From the sequence record SRR22947727_1209: DNA of 32,650 bases; one strand, written 5' to 3'. Shown here piece after piece: positions 17,328 to 26,402 of the stretch (within the stretch, counting starts at the first letter, position 1; the number at the start of each line of letters is the position of its first letter). The notes under the pieces are model-generated. The model was not told the origin of the DNA. It did no database searches and saw only the letters and a program-made list of their open reading frames with translations. The position numbers and the translations under genes are program-made.

Positions 17328-18338
17328 TTATATTATTGATTCAACTTTTAGCTGATCTTTAATTTTTGATATGACGTCATTTTCTGATTCTGAAATCGTT
17401 GTCTCTAAAGCATGGATAAAAGCAAACTCATCCGCGCCTCCATGACTTTTTACGACTATTCCATTTAATCCTAAAAATGATGCTCCATTATAGCGACGAG
17501 GATCTAATCTTTTTTTAAAACGCTTAAGTACAGGCAGAGCAATAATAGCTGAAATTTTTGTGAGCCAATTACGCTTAAATTCTAACGTCAAAAAATTTGC
17601 CATCATTTTGGCGAGTCCCTCTGTTGTCTTAAGAGATATATTTCCTGTAAAACCATCGCAAACTACCACATCTGTAGTTCCTTTAAATATATCATCACCC
17701 TCGACATTACCATAAAAATTTAAGTGACTATCTCTGAATAATTCAGCAGATTTTTTTACCACCTCACTTCCTTTCATCGATTCACTGCCATTACTCAATA
17801 ATCCGATAGATGGATTATTTTTTTTATGTAAAACATTTGTCAAGATAGAACCCATAATTCCAAATTGAAGAAGTTGTTCGGGTGTGCAATCAGCATTTGC
17901 ACCCAGGTCCAACATACAAGTTGTGCCATTATCACTTGGTAACTCACTTGATATGGCTGGTCTATCGATTCCAGGTAACATTCTCAAAACAAATCTAGCA
18001 GTAGCCATAAGAGCCCCTGTATTACCAGCACTCACGCAGGCATCAGCTGCACCTTCTTTTACTAAATTAATACTGACGCGCATTGATGAGTCTTTTTTGT
18101 TTTTTAGCGCGGTTTGAGGGAGCTCATCCATTCCGACAACTTGGGTTGTGTGATGGACAGATATTCTAGGGTGATTAAGTGATTTTTTCTTTTTTAAAAT
18201 TTTAGTTATCTTATCGGCGTCACCAACAAGAATAATTGAAATATTTTCATATTTTTTTAAAATTTTTAATGACGCGGGGACAGTTACTGGTGGTCCGAAG
18301 TCCCCACCCATTGCATCAACTGAAATTTTATGTTGCAT
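17328..18338 (-). CDS. plsX: Phosphate acyltransferase PlsX
   Basis: [30 protein letters not shown] and KSHG motifs. Confidence 0.98.
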   Translation of the reverse strand: MQHKISVDAMGGDFGPPVTVPASLKILKKYENISIILVGDADKITKILKKKKSLNHPRISVHHTTQVVGMDELPQTALKNKKDSSMRVSINLVKEGAADACVSAGNTGALMATARFVLRMLPGIDRPAISSELPSDNGTTCMLDLGANADCTPEQLLQFGIMGSILTNVLHKKNNPSIGLLSNGSESMKGSEVVKKSAELFRDSHLNFYGNVEGDDIFKGTTDVVVCDGFTGNISLKTTEGLAKMMANFLTLEFKRNWLTKISAIIALPVLKRFKKRLDPRRYNGASFLGLNGIVVKSHGGADEFAFIHALETTISESENDVISKIKDQLKVESII

Positions 18339-18362
18339 CAGTTAATAATAGACAAATGTCTA

Positions 18363-18539
18363 CTAACCTTTTGTCTCGATTACTTTTTTGCCTTTATAAA
18401 AACCAGTTGCGCTTACATGATGTCTTAAATGTGTCTCGCCCGTTGTTTTTTCAATTGCTATTGCAGCATTTGATAGTCCATCATGAGATCGTCTCATATT
18501 TCTTCGTGATGGTGATTTTTTACTTTTTTGAACAGCCAT
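18363..18539 (-). CDS. rpmF: 50S ribosomal protein L32 (58 aa, cysteine-free type; not in the ORF track)
   Basis: My translation: [65 protein letters not shown]; directly upstream of plsX. Confidence 0.97.
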   Translation of the reverse strand: MAVQKSKKSPSRRNMRRSHDGLSNAAIAIEKTTGETHLRHHVSATGFYKGKKVIETKG

Positions 18540-18636
18540 AAGGTACTCCTAATATTTAAAATTAAACTCTGATTTTCAAAGCTATGAAAATTTAATATTT
18601 AATTAAAAAACAAGCTTTAACACAAATTAAAACGAG

Positions 18637-18645
18637 ATTTTATCA
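18637..18645 (-). promoter_or_regulatory. Putative extended -10 promoter (TGaTAAAAT) for the rpmF-plsX-fab operon
   Basis: Same 9-mer as upstream of acpP, ~100 nt upstream of rpmF. Confidence 0.45.
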
Positions 18646-18783
18646 TAAATCTAATTTTTTTTTAAATTTTACCTTTCTTGTTTCCCCTGACTAAATAAGT
18701 ATTATAAAGAAGAATATGACTTTTATTTTATAGAGATTTATAAGATGCTTAGTTGACGAGCTATCCAAAGATTATTTTCAACA

Positions 18784-18792
18784 TGTTATAAT
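18784..18792 (+). promoter_or_regulatory. Putative extended -10 promoter (TGtTATAAT) for pycAB
   Basis: Perfect TGnTATAAT ~76 nt upstream of TTG 18869. Confidence 0.6.
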
Positions 18793-18868
18793 TGTGAGCT
18801 TGAATTACAAACTGCTATAAACAATTTGTAACAATTTTTATAGAACTAATAGTCAAAGGAATCATTTT

Positions 18869-20287
18869 TTGATATCGAAAATTCTCATTGCCAATAGAGG
18901 CGAAATAGCTGTTCGGATAATAAGAGCTTGTAAAGAAATGGGTATTACAAGTGTCGCAATCTATTCCAATGCAGACAGGCACGCTTTGCATGTAAAAAAA
19001 GCTGATGAGGCCTATTTCATTGGTGCTGATCCTTTATCTGGCTACTTAAATGCCCACTGGATTGCTAATGTAGCAGTTACTGCAGGCTGTGATGGCGTTC
19101 ATCCTGGCTATGGTTTTTTATCAGAAAACTCAAATTTTGCTGCTATTTGCAAAAATCGTGGATTAAAGTTCATAGGGCCTGACTCTGAAGTTATTCAAAA
19201 GATGGGTGACAAGATTGAGGCAAGAAAAGCCATGATCAAAGCAGGTGTACCTGTTATTCCTGGAAGCGAAGGAAATGTTAAAGACCTAAACGAAGCTGTA
19301 AAAATATCAAAGGATATTGGTTTTCCAGTTATGATTAAAGCAACAAACGGTGGTGGTGGAAGAGGTATTCGAAGATGTGATAACGAAAAAGAAGTCGAGT
19401 CAAATTATGAAAGAGTAATTTCTGAAGCAACTAAAGCGTTTGGCAGTCCTGAAGTCTTTATTGAGAAATGTGTTTTAAATCCTAAGCACATTGAGGTTCA
19501 GGTTTTAGCTGATCAAGATAACAATGCCATTCATCTATTTGAACGGGATTGTTCTATTCAACGTCGAAATCAAAAACTTATTGAAATTGCTCCATCGCCT
19601 CAACTTAACGAAGAGCAAAGATCTTACATTGGTGATCTTGCTGTAAAGGCGGCTAAAGCAGTAAATTATCAAAATGCGGGGACTGTTGAATTTCTTCTTG
19701 ATAGTGAAAATAATTTTTACTTTATGGAGATGAATACTCGTTTGCAAGTGGAGCACACAATTACAGAAAACATAACTGGCGTGGATATTGTTCAGGAACA
19801 AATTAGAATTGCCAGTGGATTAAAACTTCGATATAAACAAGATGAAATTAAGCATAGAGGTTATTCTATCGAATTCAGGATTAATGCTGAAGATCCAAAA
19901 CAAGAATTTGTGCCTTCATTTGGTAAAGTTACTCGATATTATGCTGCTGGTGGTCCTGGAGTAAGAACTGACGCATCAATTTATACTGGTTATATTATTC
20001 CTCCATATTATGATTCAATGTGCGCTAAACTTATAATTTGGGCGTTGAATTGGGAAGATGCAGTTGCAAGAGGCATTAGAGCTCTTGGAGATATTGGTGT
20101 TTTTGGTGTAAAAACTACAATCCCTTATTATGTTGAAATTTTAAAGAATGAAAAATTTATTGGAGCAGACTTTAATACAAGCTTTGTTGAATCAAATCCT
20201 GAGCTAACCGATTATAATGAAGAGCTTCCCCCAACTGTAATTGCTGCTGCAATTGGGGCTGCTATCGCTGCTCATGAAGGAATTTAA
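18869..20287 (+). CDS. pycA: Pyruvate carboxylase subunit A (biotin carboxylase; TTG start)
   Basis: ANRGEIA, HPGYGFLSEN, GGGGRG, ERDCSIQRR, EMNTRLQVEH and YDSM motifs; C-terminal AAAIGAAIAAH helix. AAAGGA SD; adjacent to the carboxyltransferase-biotin subunit. Confidence 0.85.
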   Translation: MISKILIANRGEIAVRIIRACKEMGITSVAIYSNADRHALHVKKADEAYFIGADPLSGYLNAHWIANVAVTAGCDGVHPGYGFLSENSNFAAICKNRGLKFIGPDSEVIQKMGDKIEARKAMIKAGVPVIPGSEGNVKDLNEAVKISKDIGFPVMIKATNGGGGRGIRRCDNEKEVESNYERVISEATKAFGSPEVFIEKCVLNPKHIEVQVLADQDNNAIHLFERDCSIQRRNQKLIEIAPSPQLNEEQRSYIGDLAVKAAKAVNYQNAGTVEFLLDSENNFYFMEMNTRLQVEHTITENITGVDIVQEQIRIASGLKLRYKQDEIKHRGYSIEFRINAEDPKQEFVPSFGKVTRYYAAGGPGVRTDASIYTGYIIPPYYDSMCAKLIIWALNWEDAVARGIRALGDIGVFGVKTTIPYYVEILKNEKFIGADFNTSFVESNPELTDYNEELPPTVIAAAIGAAIAAHEGI

Positions 20288-20293
20288 AAAAAT

Positions 20294-22141
20294 ATGAAGA
20301 AAATAGATATAACAGAACTAGTTTTACGAGATGGTCACCAGTGTCATATTGCCACAAGACTGAGAACTGAGGACATGCTTCCAATCTGCTCACATCTTGA
20401 TGCACTTGATTTTTGGTCAATTGAAGCTTGGGGAGGCGCTACTTTTGATGCATGTGTGAGATATTTAAAAGAAGATCCATGGGAAAGATTACAAAAACTT
20501 AGAAAAGCGCTTCCCAATAGTCGCATTCAGATGTTATTGAGAGGCCAAAACCTTCTTGGTTATAGGCATTATTCAGATGATGTTGTTGATCTTTTTATAA
20601 AGAAATCAGTTGAAAATGGGGTTGATGTTTTTAGAGTTTTTGACGCAATGAATGATATAAGAAATATCGAAACATCTATAAAAGCAGTAAAAAAATATAA
20701 AAAACATGCAGAAGGCACATTAAGTTATACAACTTCTCCCGTTCATAACAATGAGTACTTTCTTGAAATGGCGAAAAAATTAGAGTCTATGGGGAGCGAT
20801 ACATTGGCTATTAAAGATATGGCTGGGTTATTAAATCCTCAGACTACAAAAGAGCTGGTTTCATTATTAGTAAAGAATATTAATATTCCAATTCATATTC
20901 ATAGTCATGCAACTGCTGGACTTGCCAGCCTAAATTTAATTGCTGCAGTTGAAGCTGGAGCAACAATAATTGATACATGTAATTCAAGTTTTTCTGAAGG
21001 AGCGAGTCACCCAACTACAGAATCAATAATTGCTGCCCTCCAAAGTATGGGGTATGACATAAATATTGATATTTCTGCTATTGAGCCAATAAGCGAGCAC
21101 CTTAGGGAGGTTCGTAAAAAATATTGGCAATTTGAGTCAGAATTTACAGGAGTTGACCCGAGAGTTTTATCAAATCAAGTCCCTGGTGGAATGATATCTA
21201 ATCTTTCTAATCAGTTAAAAGATCAAGATGCTTTGGAGAAAATGAGCGATGTACTAAAGGAAATTCCTGACGTCAGAAAAGACTTAGGGTATCCCCCTCT
21301 AGTCACTCCCACATCACAAATTGTTGGAACCCAAGCTGCGTTAAACGTAATAACTGGTAAAAGATATAAGACTGTAACTAATGAAGTAAAAAATTACTTT
21401 CTTGGCCAGTATGGCGCTGCGCCAGGAAAAGTAAATGAAGAGATAAAATCAATTGCTATTGGTGATCAAGAGGTCATAACTTGTCGTCCAGCGGATAAGT
21501 TAAAACCTGAGATAGACAATCTTCGAGTCAAGGCTGAAGAAATCATAAAAAATGACGAAGACCTTCTGACATATGCTATGTTTCCAGATTTAGCAACCTC
21601 TTATCTTAAAGAAAGGAATGCGGGATCTCTTGTTCCTGAAGAATTACTTATAAAAAGTGACGTTAATGATCAAAGTAATCGGTACGCACCTTCAGAATTT
21701 AATATTACACTTCACGGTGAAACTTATCATATTAATCTTACCGGCTCAGGCAAATCAGGTGATGCAGAAAGACCTTTTTACGTTTCTGTAGATGGTATTT
21801 CAGAGGAAGTTCTTGTCGAAACACTAGACCAAGTCATTGTCGAAAATGGTTCTGTTAAGAATACTGAAAATGGAAAGGAAGGAAGTAAAGAAAAAGCTAC
21901 AAAGCACTCTCGCCCTACTCATGATGGATGCGTTACTACAGCAATGCCAGGCACTATAATTGATATTAAGGTAAAGGTTGGTGATAGTGTTAGTGCTGGA
22001 GATAGTGTTATCGTTATTGAAGCCATGAAAATGGAGAATGAAATTCAAGCTTCAAAATCTGGTGTTGTCGTTGCAATCCACGTATCGAACGGTGATAGCG
22101 TATCTCCAAATGAAACATTAATTGAAATACAGCCGCAATAA
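20294..22141 (+). CDS. pycB: Pyruvate carboxylase subunit B (carboxyltransferase plus biotin carrier; OadA-like)
   Basis: LRDGHQ, EAWGGATFD, MLLRGQN, IKDMAG, HIHSH, PPLVTPTSQIVG and C-terminal EAMKM. Confidence 0.85.
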   Translation: MKKIDITELVLRDGHQCHIATRLRTEDMLPICSHLDALDFWSIEAWGGATFDACVRYLKEDPWERLQKLRKALPNSRIQMLLRGQNLLGYRHYSDDVVDLFIKKSVENGVDVFRVFDAMNDIRNIETSIKAVKKYKKHAEGTLSYTTSPVHNNEYFLEMAKKLESMGSDTLAIKDMAGLLNPQTTKELVSLLVKNINIPIHIHSHATAGLASLNLIAAVEAGATIIDTCNSSFSEGASHPTTESIIAALQSMGYDINIDISAIEPISEHLREVRKKYWQFESEFTGVDPRVLSNQVPGGMISNLSNQLKDQDALEKMSDVLKEIPDVRKDLGYPPLVTPTSQIVGTQAALNVITGKRYKTVTNEVKNYFLGQYGAAPGKVNEEIKSIAIGDQEVITCRPADKLKPEIDNLRVKAEEIIKNDEDLLTYAMFPDLATSYLKERNAGSLVPEELLIKSDVNDQSNRYAPSEFNITLHGETYHINLTGSGKSGDAERPFYVSVDGISEEVLVETLDQVIVENGSVKNTENGKEGSKEKATKHSRPTHDGCVTTAMPGTIIDIKVKVGDSVSAGDSVIVIEAMKMENEIQASKSGVVVAIHVSNGDSVSPNETLIEIQPQ

Positions 22142-22162
22142 ATAAAAAGAATTTATTCTTTT

Positions 22163-22735
22163 ATGAATGAAATTATTCTTGCATCTTCATCAAAGTATCG
22201 ACAAGAACTTCTCAGAAGGCTTACTATAAACTTTATCTCCATATCACCAAATATTGATGAAGAAAAGTTCGATAATGAAAATTTTGAGAATTTAGCAAGA
22301 AGGCTGTCAAATGAAAAAGCTCAAGTTATTTCAAAAAAATATCCCTCCGCTTTTGTAATCGGTTCAGATCAAACAGCTGAATATAAAAATAAAGAGGTAA
22401 GAAAACCTTTAAATAAAGAAAAAGCTTTTTTGCAGCTAAAAGAGCTTAGTGGCCAAACTTTAAATTTTTTTTCAGGTGTTTGCTTAAAAAATTATCAACG
22501 AAATATTTCGATTGATGAAGTTGTTAAATTCTCTGTCACTTATAAAAAGCTCTCTGAAAAGCAAATAAAAAATTATCTTGAGTTAGAGGATCCCACAAAT
22601 TGTGTTGGAAGCATTAAATCTGAAGGGTTAGGTATTATGCTTTTAGAAGAAATCCAATGCAATGACCCTACTGCTGTTATTGGACTACCTTTGATTAAAT
22701 TATCACAAATGTTTGAAAAATTTGGAGTTATTTAA
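22163..22735 (+). CDS. maf: Maf-family nucleoside triphosphate pyrophosphatase, YceF-like
   Basis: ILASSS.YR..LL, IDE, KA, IGSDQ, KP, KSEGLG and GLPL motifs. Confidence 0.9.
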   Translation: MNEIILASSSKYRQELLRRLTINFISISPNIDEEKFDNENFENLARRLSNEKAQVISKKYPSAFVIGSDQTAEYKNKEVRKPLNKEKAFLQLKELSGQTLNFFSGVCLKNYQRNISIDEVVKFSVTYKKLSEKQIKNYLELEDPTNCVGSIKSEGLGIMLLEEIQCNDPTAVIGLPLIKLSQMFEKFGVI

Positions 22736-23458
22736 TTGAGTATTACTTCCAAAAGAAATGGAAAATTATTTCTTATTCCTACTTCCATTGAACAAGAATT
22801 CAACAATGATTTTTTATTAGAAGCTGATAAAAAAAAATTAAAAAAAATAAAGAATTTTATTGTTGAAAGTCCAAAAGTAGCAAGAAAAGCCTTAAAAAAA
22901 ATCAGCTTAGAGGAAACAATCCAAGATTTAAATATTATGGAGCATAGTAAAAAATTTTCATTTGAATCAATTGATGATTACTTTAAACCAACATTTCATG
23001 GATTTGACCTTGGTTTATTATCTGATTCAGGAACACCCTGTATTGCAGACCCAGGAGCCAAAATTGTATCCAAAGCTCATGAGCTAAAAATAGAGGTTGT
23101 ACCCTTAGTTGGACCCTCTTCAATCATTCTAGGTTTGATGGCATCAGGATTTAATGGACAAAATTTTTGCTTTCATGGTTATGTACCCATTCAAGAAAAT
23201 AAAAAAAATGAATTTTTTAAACAAATTCAAATTGACATAAAGAAAAAACAGGAAACGCAAATTTTTATAGAAACTCCATACCGTAACAATAAATTATTAG
23301 ATGATATTTTAAAGTTAAATAATCAATCTTTAAGATTGTGTATAGCAATTAATTTAACTAGTAATGATCAATCGATTCATATGGGCACAATTAAAGAGTG
23401 GCATAAGAAAAAAATTCCTGAATTAGATAAAAAACTATGTGTTTACCTTATTAATTAA
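22736..23458 (+). CDS. SAM-dependent methyltransferase, tetrapyrrole methylase / RsmI-like family
   Basis: LFLIPT, FIVE..K.AR, GLLSDSGTPCIADPG, PLVGPSSI.L.LMASG.NGQNF.FHGY.P and FIETPYRN motifs. Confidence 0.85.
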   Translation: MSITSKRNGKLFLIPTSIEQEFNNDFLLEADKKKLKKIKNFIVESPKVARKALKKISLEETIQDLNIMEHSKKFSFESIDDYFKPTFHGFDLGLLSDSGTPCIADPGAKIVSKAHELKIEVVPLVGPSSIILGLMASGFNGQNFCFHGYVPIQENKKNEFFKQIQIDIKKKQETQIFIETPYRNNKLLDDILKLNNQSLRLCIAINLTSNDQSIHMGTIKEWHKKKIPELDKKLCVYLIN

Positions 23459-24013
23459 ATCCTTAATTGGTTTGAAAGTTTTTCTATAAATCTCATTTAC
23501 CCCAAATTCATTTATTAAAGCGATATGTCTCTTTGTAGGGTATCCCTTGTGTGTATGAAGCTCATATTGTGGATATAACTCATGTAAGGACTCCATGTGT
23601 CTATCTCTTTCAACTTTAGCGATAATTGAAGCAGCAGAGATAGATGGTATCAATGAATCACCCCTTACTACCGTCATCATCTCAATTCCTTCTATTTTAG
23701 GGGAATAAAGACCATCAATAAAACATTGCTTAGGCCTTTTATTTAATGCTAATAATGCTCTTTTCATTGCTAACAACGAAGCGTTCAAAATATTTAACTT
23801 ATCGATTTCCTCAACACTTGCCATCGCAAAAGAAAAATCAATCGCATTATTTTTTATTTCTACGTATAGGTCTTTTCTTATCTTTGGGGAAATTTTTTTT
23901 GAGTCATCTAAATTTTTTATACGAATACTTTCATCTAAAACTACAGCTGATGCAAATACGGGTCCACATAACGGACCTCTGCCTGCCTCATCTACCCCGC
24001 AGATGAAACTCAT
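23435..24013 (-). CDS. rnhB: Ribonuclease HII
   Basis: GVDEAGRGPL.GPV, DDSKK, IDG, SAASIIAKV.RD and HKGYPT motifs. Confidence 0.97.
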   Translation of the reverse strand: MSFICGVDEAGRGPLCGPVFASAVVLDESIRIKNLDDSKKISPKIRKDLYVEIKNNAIDFSFAMASVEEIDKLNILNASLLAMKRALLALNKRPKQCFIDGLYSPKIEGIEMMTVVRGDSLIPSISAASIIAKVERDRHMESLHELYPQYELHTHKGYPTKRHIALINEFGVNEIYRKTFKPIKDLINKVNT

Positions 24014-25140
24014 TTTAAAAATGGTTTAATTGTTTTATAAATTAAAGCTGATGTATTTTTTTTTAATCCTGAATGGAGCTTTTGAAATTTAAATTCTATT
24101 TTTTTTAGATATATTTTATCTTCAATAATTTCATTAGCCTTTTTACTCAATAAGGATGGTATGGCTTTATGTTGCAACATCTCTGGAACAATGTTTTCTT
24201 TGAGTAAAATATTAGGTAAGCCAACATTTGGTATCAATCGAAGCATTTTCCAAGCAAAATAAGAAATCCATGATCCCTTATAAATTATAATCATGGGCTT
24301 CTTGTGCAAAGCGACTTCAAGAGTGGCAGTCCCTGAAGCAACTATCGCTAGATTAGAGCATCCAATTATTTCTTCAACATTTTGTTTGTAAAGCTTGAAA
24401 CTCTTTATTGGATTTTCTTTTAGTCGACTACTTATGTAAGCATAATTTCTATCGTTATTTGCAGGGACTAAAAATTTCGCATTAGGATAAATTTTTAATA
24501 AATTTCTCGCTGATTCAAGCAAAACATCCGTATGTGCCGTTAATTCTCCCATCCTACTTCCAGGTAAAAGCGCGATAATTAGTTGGTTAAGGTTGAGCTT
24601 CAATTTCTTTCTATACTTATTGGTATTTGGTTTTAAAGAAATACTATTTGCAAGGGGATGGCCTACAAAAGTAGCCTTAACGCCAACTTTCTCAAATAAT
24701 GGTTTTTCATGAGGAAAAATAGAAAAAATATGGTCGGTAGATTTTTTTATTTTATAAACTCTATTTGGCCTCCATGCCCATACAGATGGTGCAACATAAT
24801 GAAAAGTTGGAATTCCAAACTGTTTTAATTTTTTTTCAACGTTAAAATTAAAATCTGGGGCATCAACACCTATAAAAATATCTGGTTTTTCAGTCTTTAG
24901 ATATTTAATTAATTTATAACGTAAAAAAAGTAACTTTGGAATATTCGGGATTACTTGAAGGACGCCGTACAAAGAAAGGTTTGTGAAATCAAAATAAGAT
25001 TTCAGCCCATGTTTTTCCATAAGAGGGCCACCAACACCAATAAATTTTATGGTTTTATCTTTATTTTTTATGAAAGCCATTAGCTGGCTAGCAATTAAAT
25101 CACCTGATGGCTCACCTGCTAGTATTGCTATTTTAGCCAC
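24010..25140 (-). CDS. lpxB: Lipid-A-disaccharide synthase
   Basis: AGEPSGD, DAPDFN, YVAPSVWAWR, FVGHPL, LLPGSR and SGTATLE motifs. Confidence 0.97.
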   Translation of the reverse strand: MAKIAILAGEPSGDLIASQLMAFIKNKDKTIKFIGVGGPLMEKHGLKSYFDFTNLSLYGVLQVIPNIPKLLFLRYKLIKYLKTEKPDIFIGVDAPDFNFNVEKKLKQFGIPTFHYVAPSVWAWRPNRVYKIKKSTDHIFSIFPHEKPLFEKVGVKATFVGHPLANSISLKPNTNKYRKKLKLNLNQLIIALLPGSRMGELTAHTDVLLESARNLLKIYPNAKFLVPANNDRNYAYISSRLKENPIKSFKLYKQNVEEIIGCSNLAIVASGTATLEVALHKKPMIIIYKGSWISYFAWKMLRLIPNVGLPNILLKENIVPEMLQHKAIPSLLSKKANEIIEDKIYLKKIEFKFQKLHSGLKKNTSALIYKTIKPFLK

Positions 25141-25933
25141 TTAGCCTTATCAGTCCTCTTTTTGATCTTTCGATAAAGTCTAAATAAAGACCAACCTCTT
25201 TTGAAGATTTTTTTAGCTCTTCAAGCTCTAATTTTGCTTGCTCAATAGAATTTTCTTTCATATAAATACTTCTATAGCCTTTTTTTATATCAAGAATTGC
25301 TTCAACACTAAAACCTCTTCTCTTCAAACCTTCAGAGTTTATGCCATTTGGAAAGGCATTCCCCCCCCTACTTACAGCTCTCACATAAGGAGGAACATCT
25401 TGAGATAATAAAGTACCTCCCATAGTAATGACATGTGCGCCGATTTTACAGAATTGATGAATAGCCGTTAATCCTCCTAAAACTACGAAATCATCAATTT
25501 CTACATGTCCAGCCAAAGTAACGCTATTGGCTAAGACAATATTATTTTTAACGATACAGTCGTGAGCAATATGGACATAAGCCATAATCCAATTATCATT
25601 TCCAATAGAAGTTTTGTTGTTACCTTCAACTGTTCCTGTATTAATGGTACAAAATTCTCTTATTGTATTCCTATCTCCAATCTCTAAGAAAGTCTCTTGA
25701 CCTTTATATTTCATATCTTGGGGTTGTTCGCCTATAGATGAATAGTGAAAGATTTTATTTGACTTACCTATTCTAGTTTGACCTGTAATATTAACGTGGC
25801 TTCCTATCTCAGTTCCACTGCCAATTTCAACTGACTTACCAATTAATGAGTATGGGCCAATTTTGACATTTTCATCTAGTTTTGCTTGAGGATGAACGAT
25901 AGCAGTTGGATGAATATCTTGCTCAAATTCCAT
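25133..25933 (-). CDS. lpxA: UDP-N-acetylglucosamine O-acyltransferase
   Basis: IHPTAIV, hexapeptide repeats, PQD.KY, HIAHDC, LAGHV, HQF and DVPPY motifs. Confidence 0.97.
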   Translation of the reverse strand: MEFEQDIHPTAIVHPQAKLDENVKIGPYSLIGKSVEIGSGTEIGSHVNITGQTRIGKSNKIFHYSSIGEQPQDMKYKGQETFLEIGDRNTIREFCTINTGTVEGNNKTSIGNDNWIMAYVHIAHDCIVKNNIVLANSVTLAGHVEIDDFVVLGGLTAIHQFCKIGAHVITMGGTLLSQDVPPYVRAVSRGGNAFPNGINSEGLKRRGFSVEAILDIKKGYRSIYMKENSIEQAKLELEELKKSSKEVGLYLDFIERSKRGLIRLSG

Positions 25934-25949
25934 TTTAATTATCTTTCTC

Positions 25950-26402
25950 TTAGATTTCTTTTAATACGCACATGATTTCAGCTTCTGCAGCAATTTCATC
26001 TTCTACCATCGCGATACCCTTATATTTCCATATACCCTTAATTGTTCTCTCAATAGAGACATTTAATTTTAGTTGGTCTCCAGGAATAACAGGTTTTTTA
26101 AATCTAGCTTTGTCTATTCCCACAAAATAATACACAGAATGATCATTTGGCTTATCATTTATCGTTTTAAAAGATAATATTGCTGCGGCCTGAGCGAGTG
26201 CCTCAACAACAAGTACGCCCGGCATGACAGGATAGTGCGGAAAATGGCCAGGAAAAAAAGGTTCATTAATCGTTACATTTTTTATTGCATCGATACTCTT
26301 ACCTAGCTCATATGACAAAACTTTATCAACCAAAACAAATGGATATCTGTGTGGGAGGTGATCTAAAATTTGATTGATATCCATTGATGTATCTTTTGTC
26401 AT
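25950..26402 (-). CDS. fabZ: 3-hydroxyacyl-ACP dehydratase
   Basis: LPHRYPF.LVD and GHFP..PVMPGVL..EALAQ motifs. Confidence 0.98.
   Translation of the reverse strand: MTKDTSMDINQILDHLPHRYPFVLVDKVLSYELGKSIDAIKNVTINEPFFPGHFPHYPVMPGVLVVEALAQAAAILSFKTINDKPNDHSVYYFVGIDKARFKKPVIPGDQLKLNVSIERTIKGIWKYKGIAMVEDEIAAEAEIMCVLKEI

Noticed and set aside
18236-18541. 101-aa plus-strand ORF
   Set aside because: It is antisense to the real rpmF gene and the start of plsX.
18790-18799. AATTGTGAGC, identical to the left half of the lac operator
   Set aside because: The right half (GGATAACAATT) is absent and there is no vector sequence around it; treated as coincidence.
20294-22141. Na+-translocating oxaloacetate decarboxylase alpha subunit (oadA) call
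   Set aside because: No oadB/oadG neighbours, and it is directly paired with a biotin carboxylase, which fits pyruvate carboxylase better.
22142-22164. AAAAGAA-ttta-TTCTTTT inverted repeat between pycB and maf
   Set aside because: Nearly all A-U pairs and expected by chance at this base composition.
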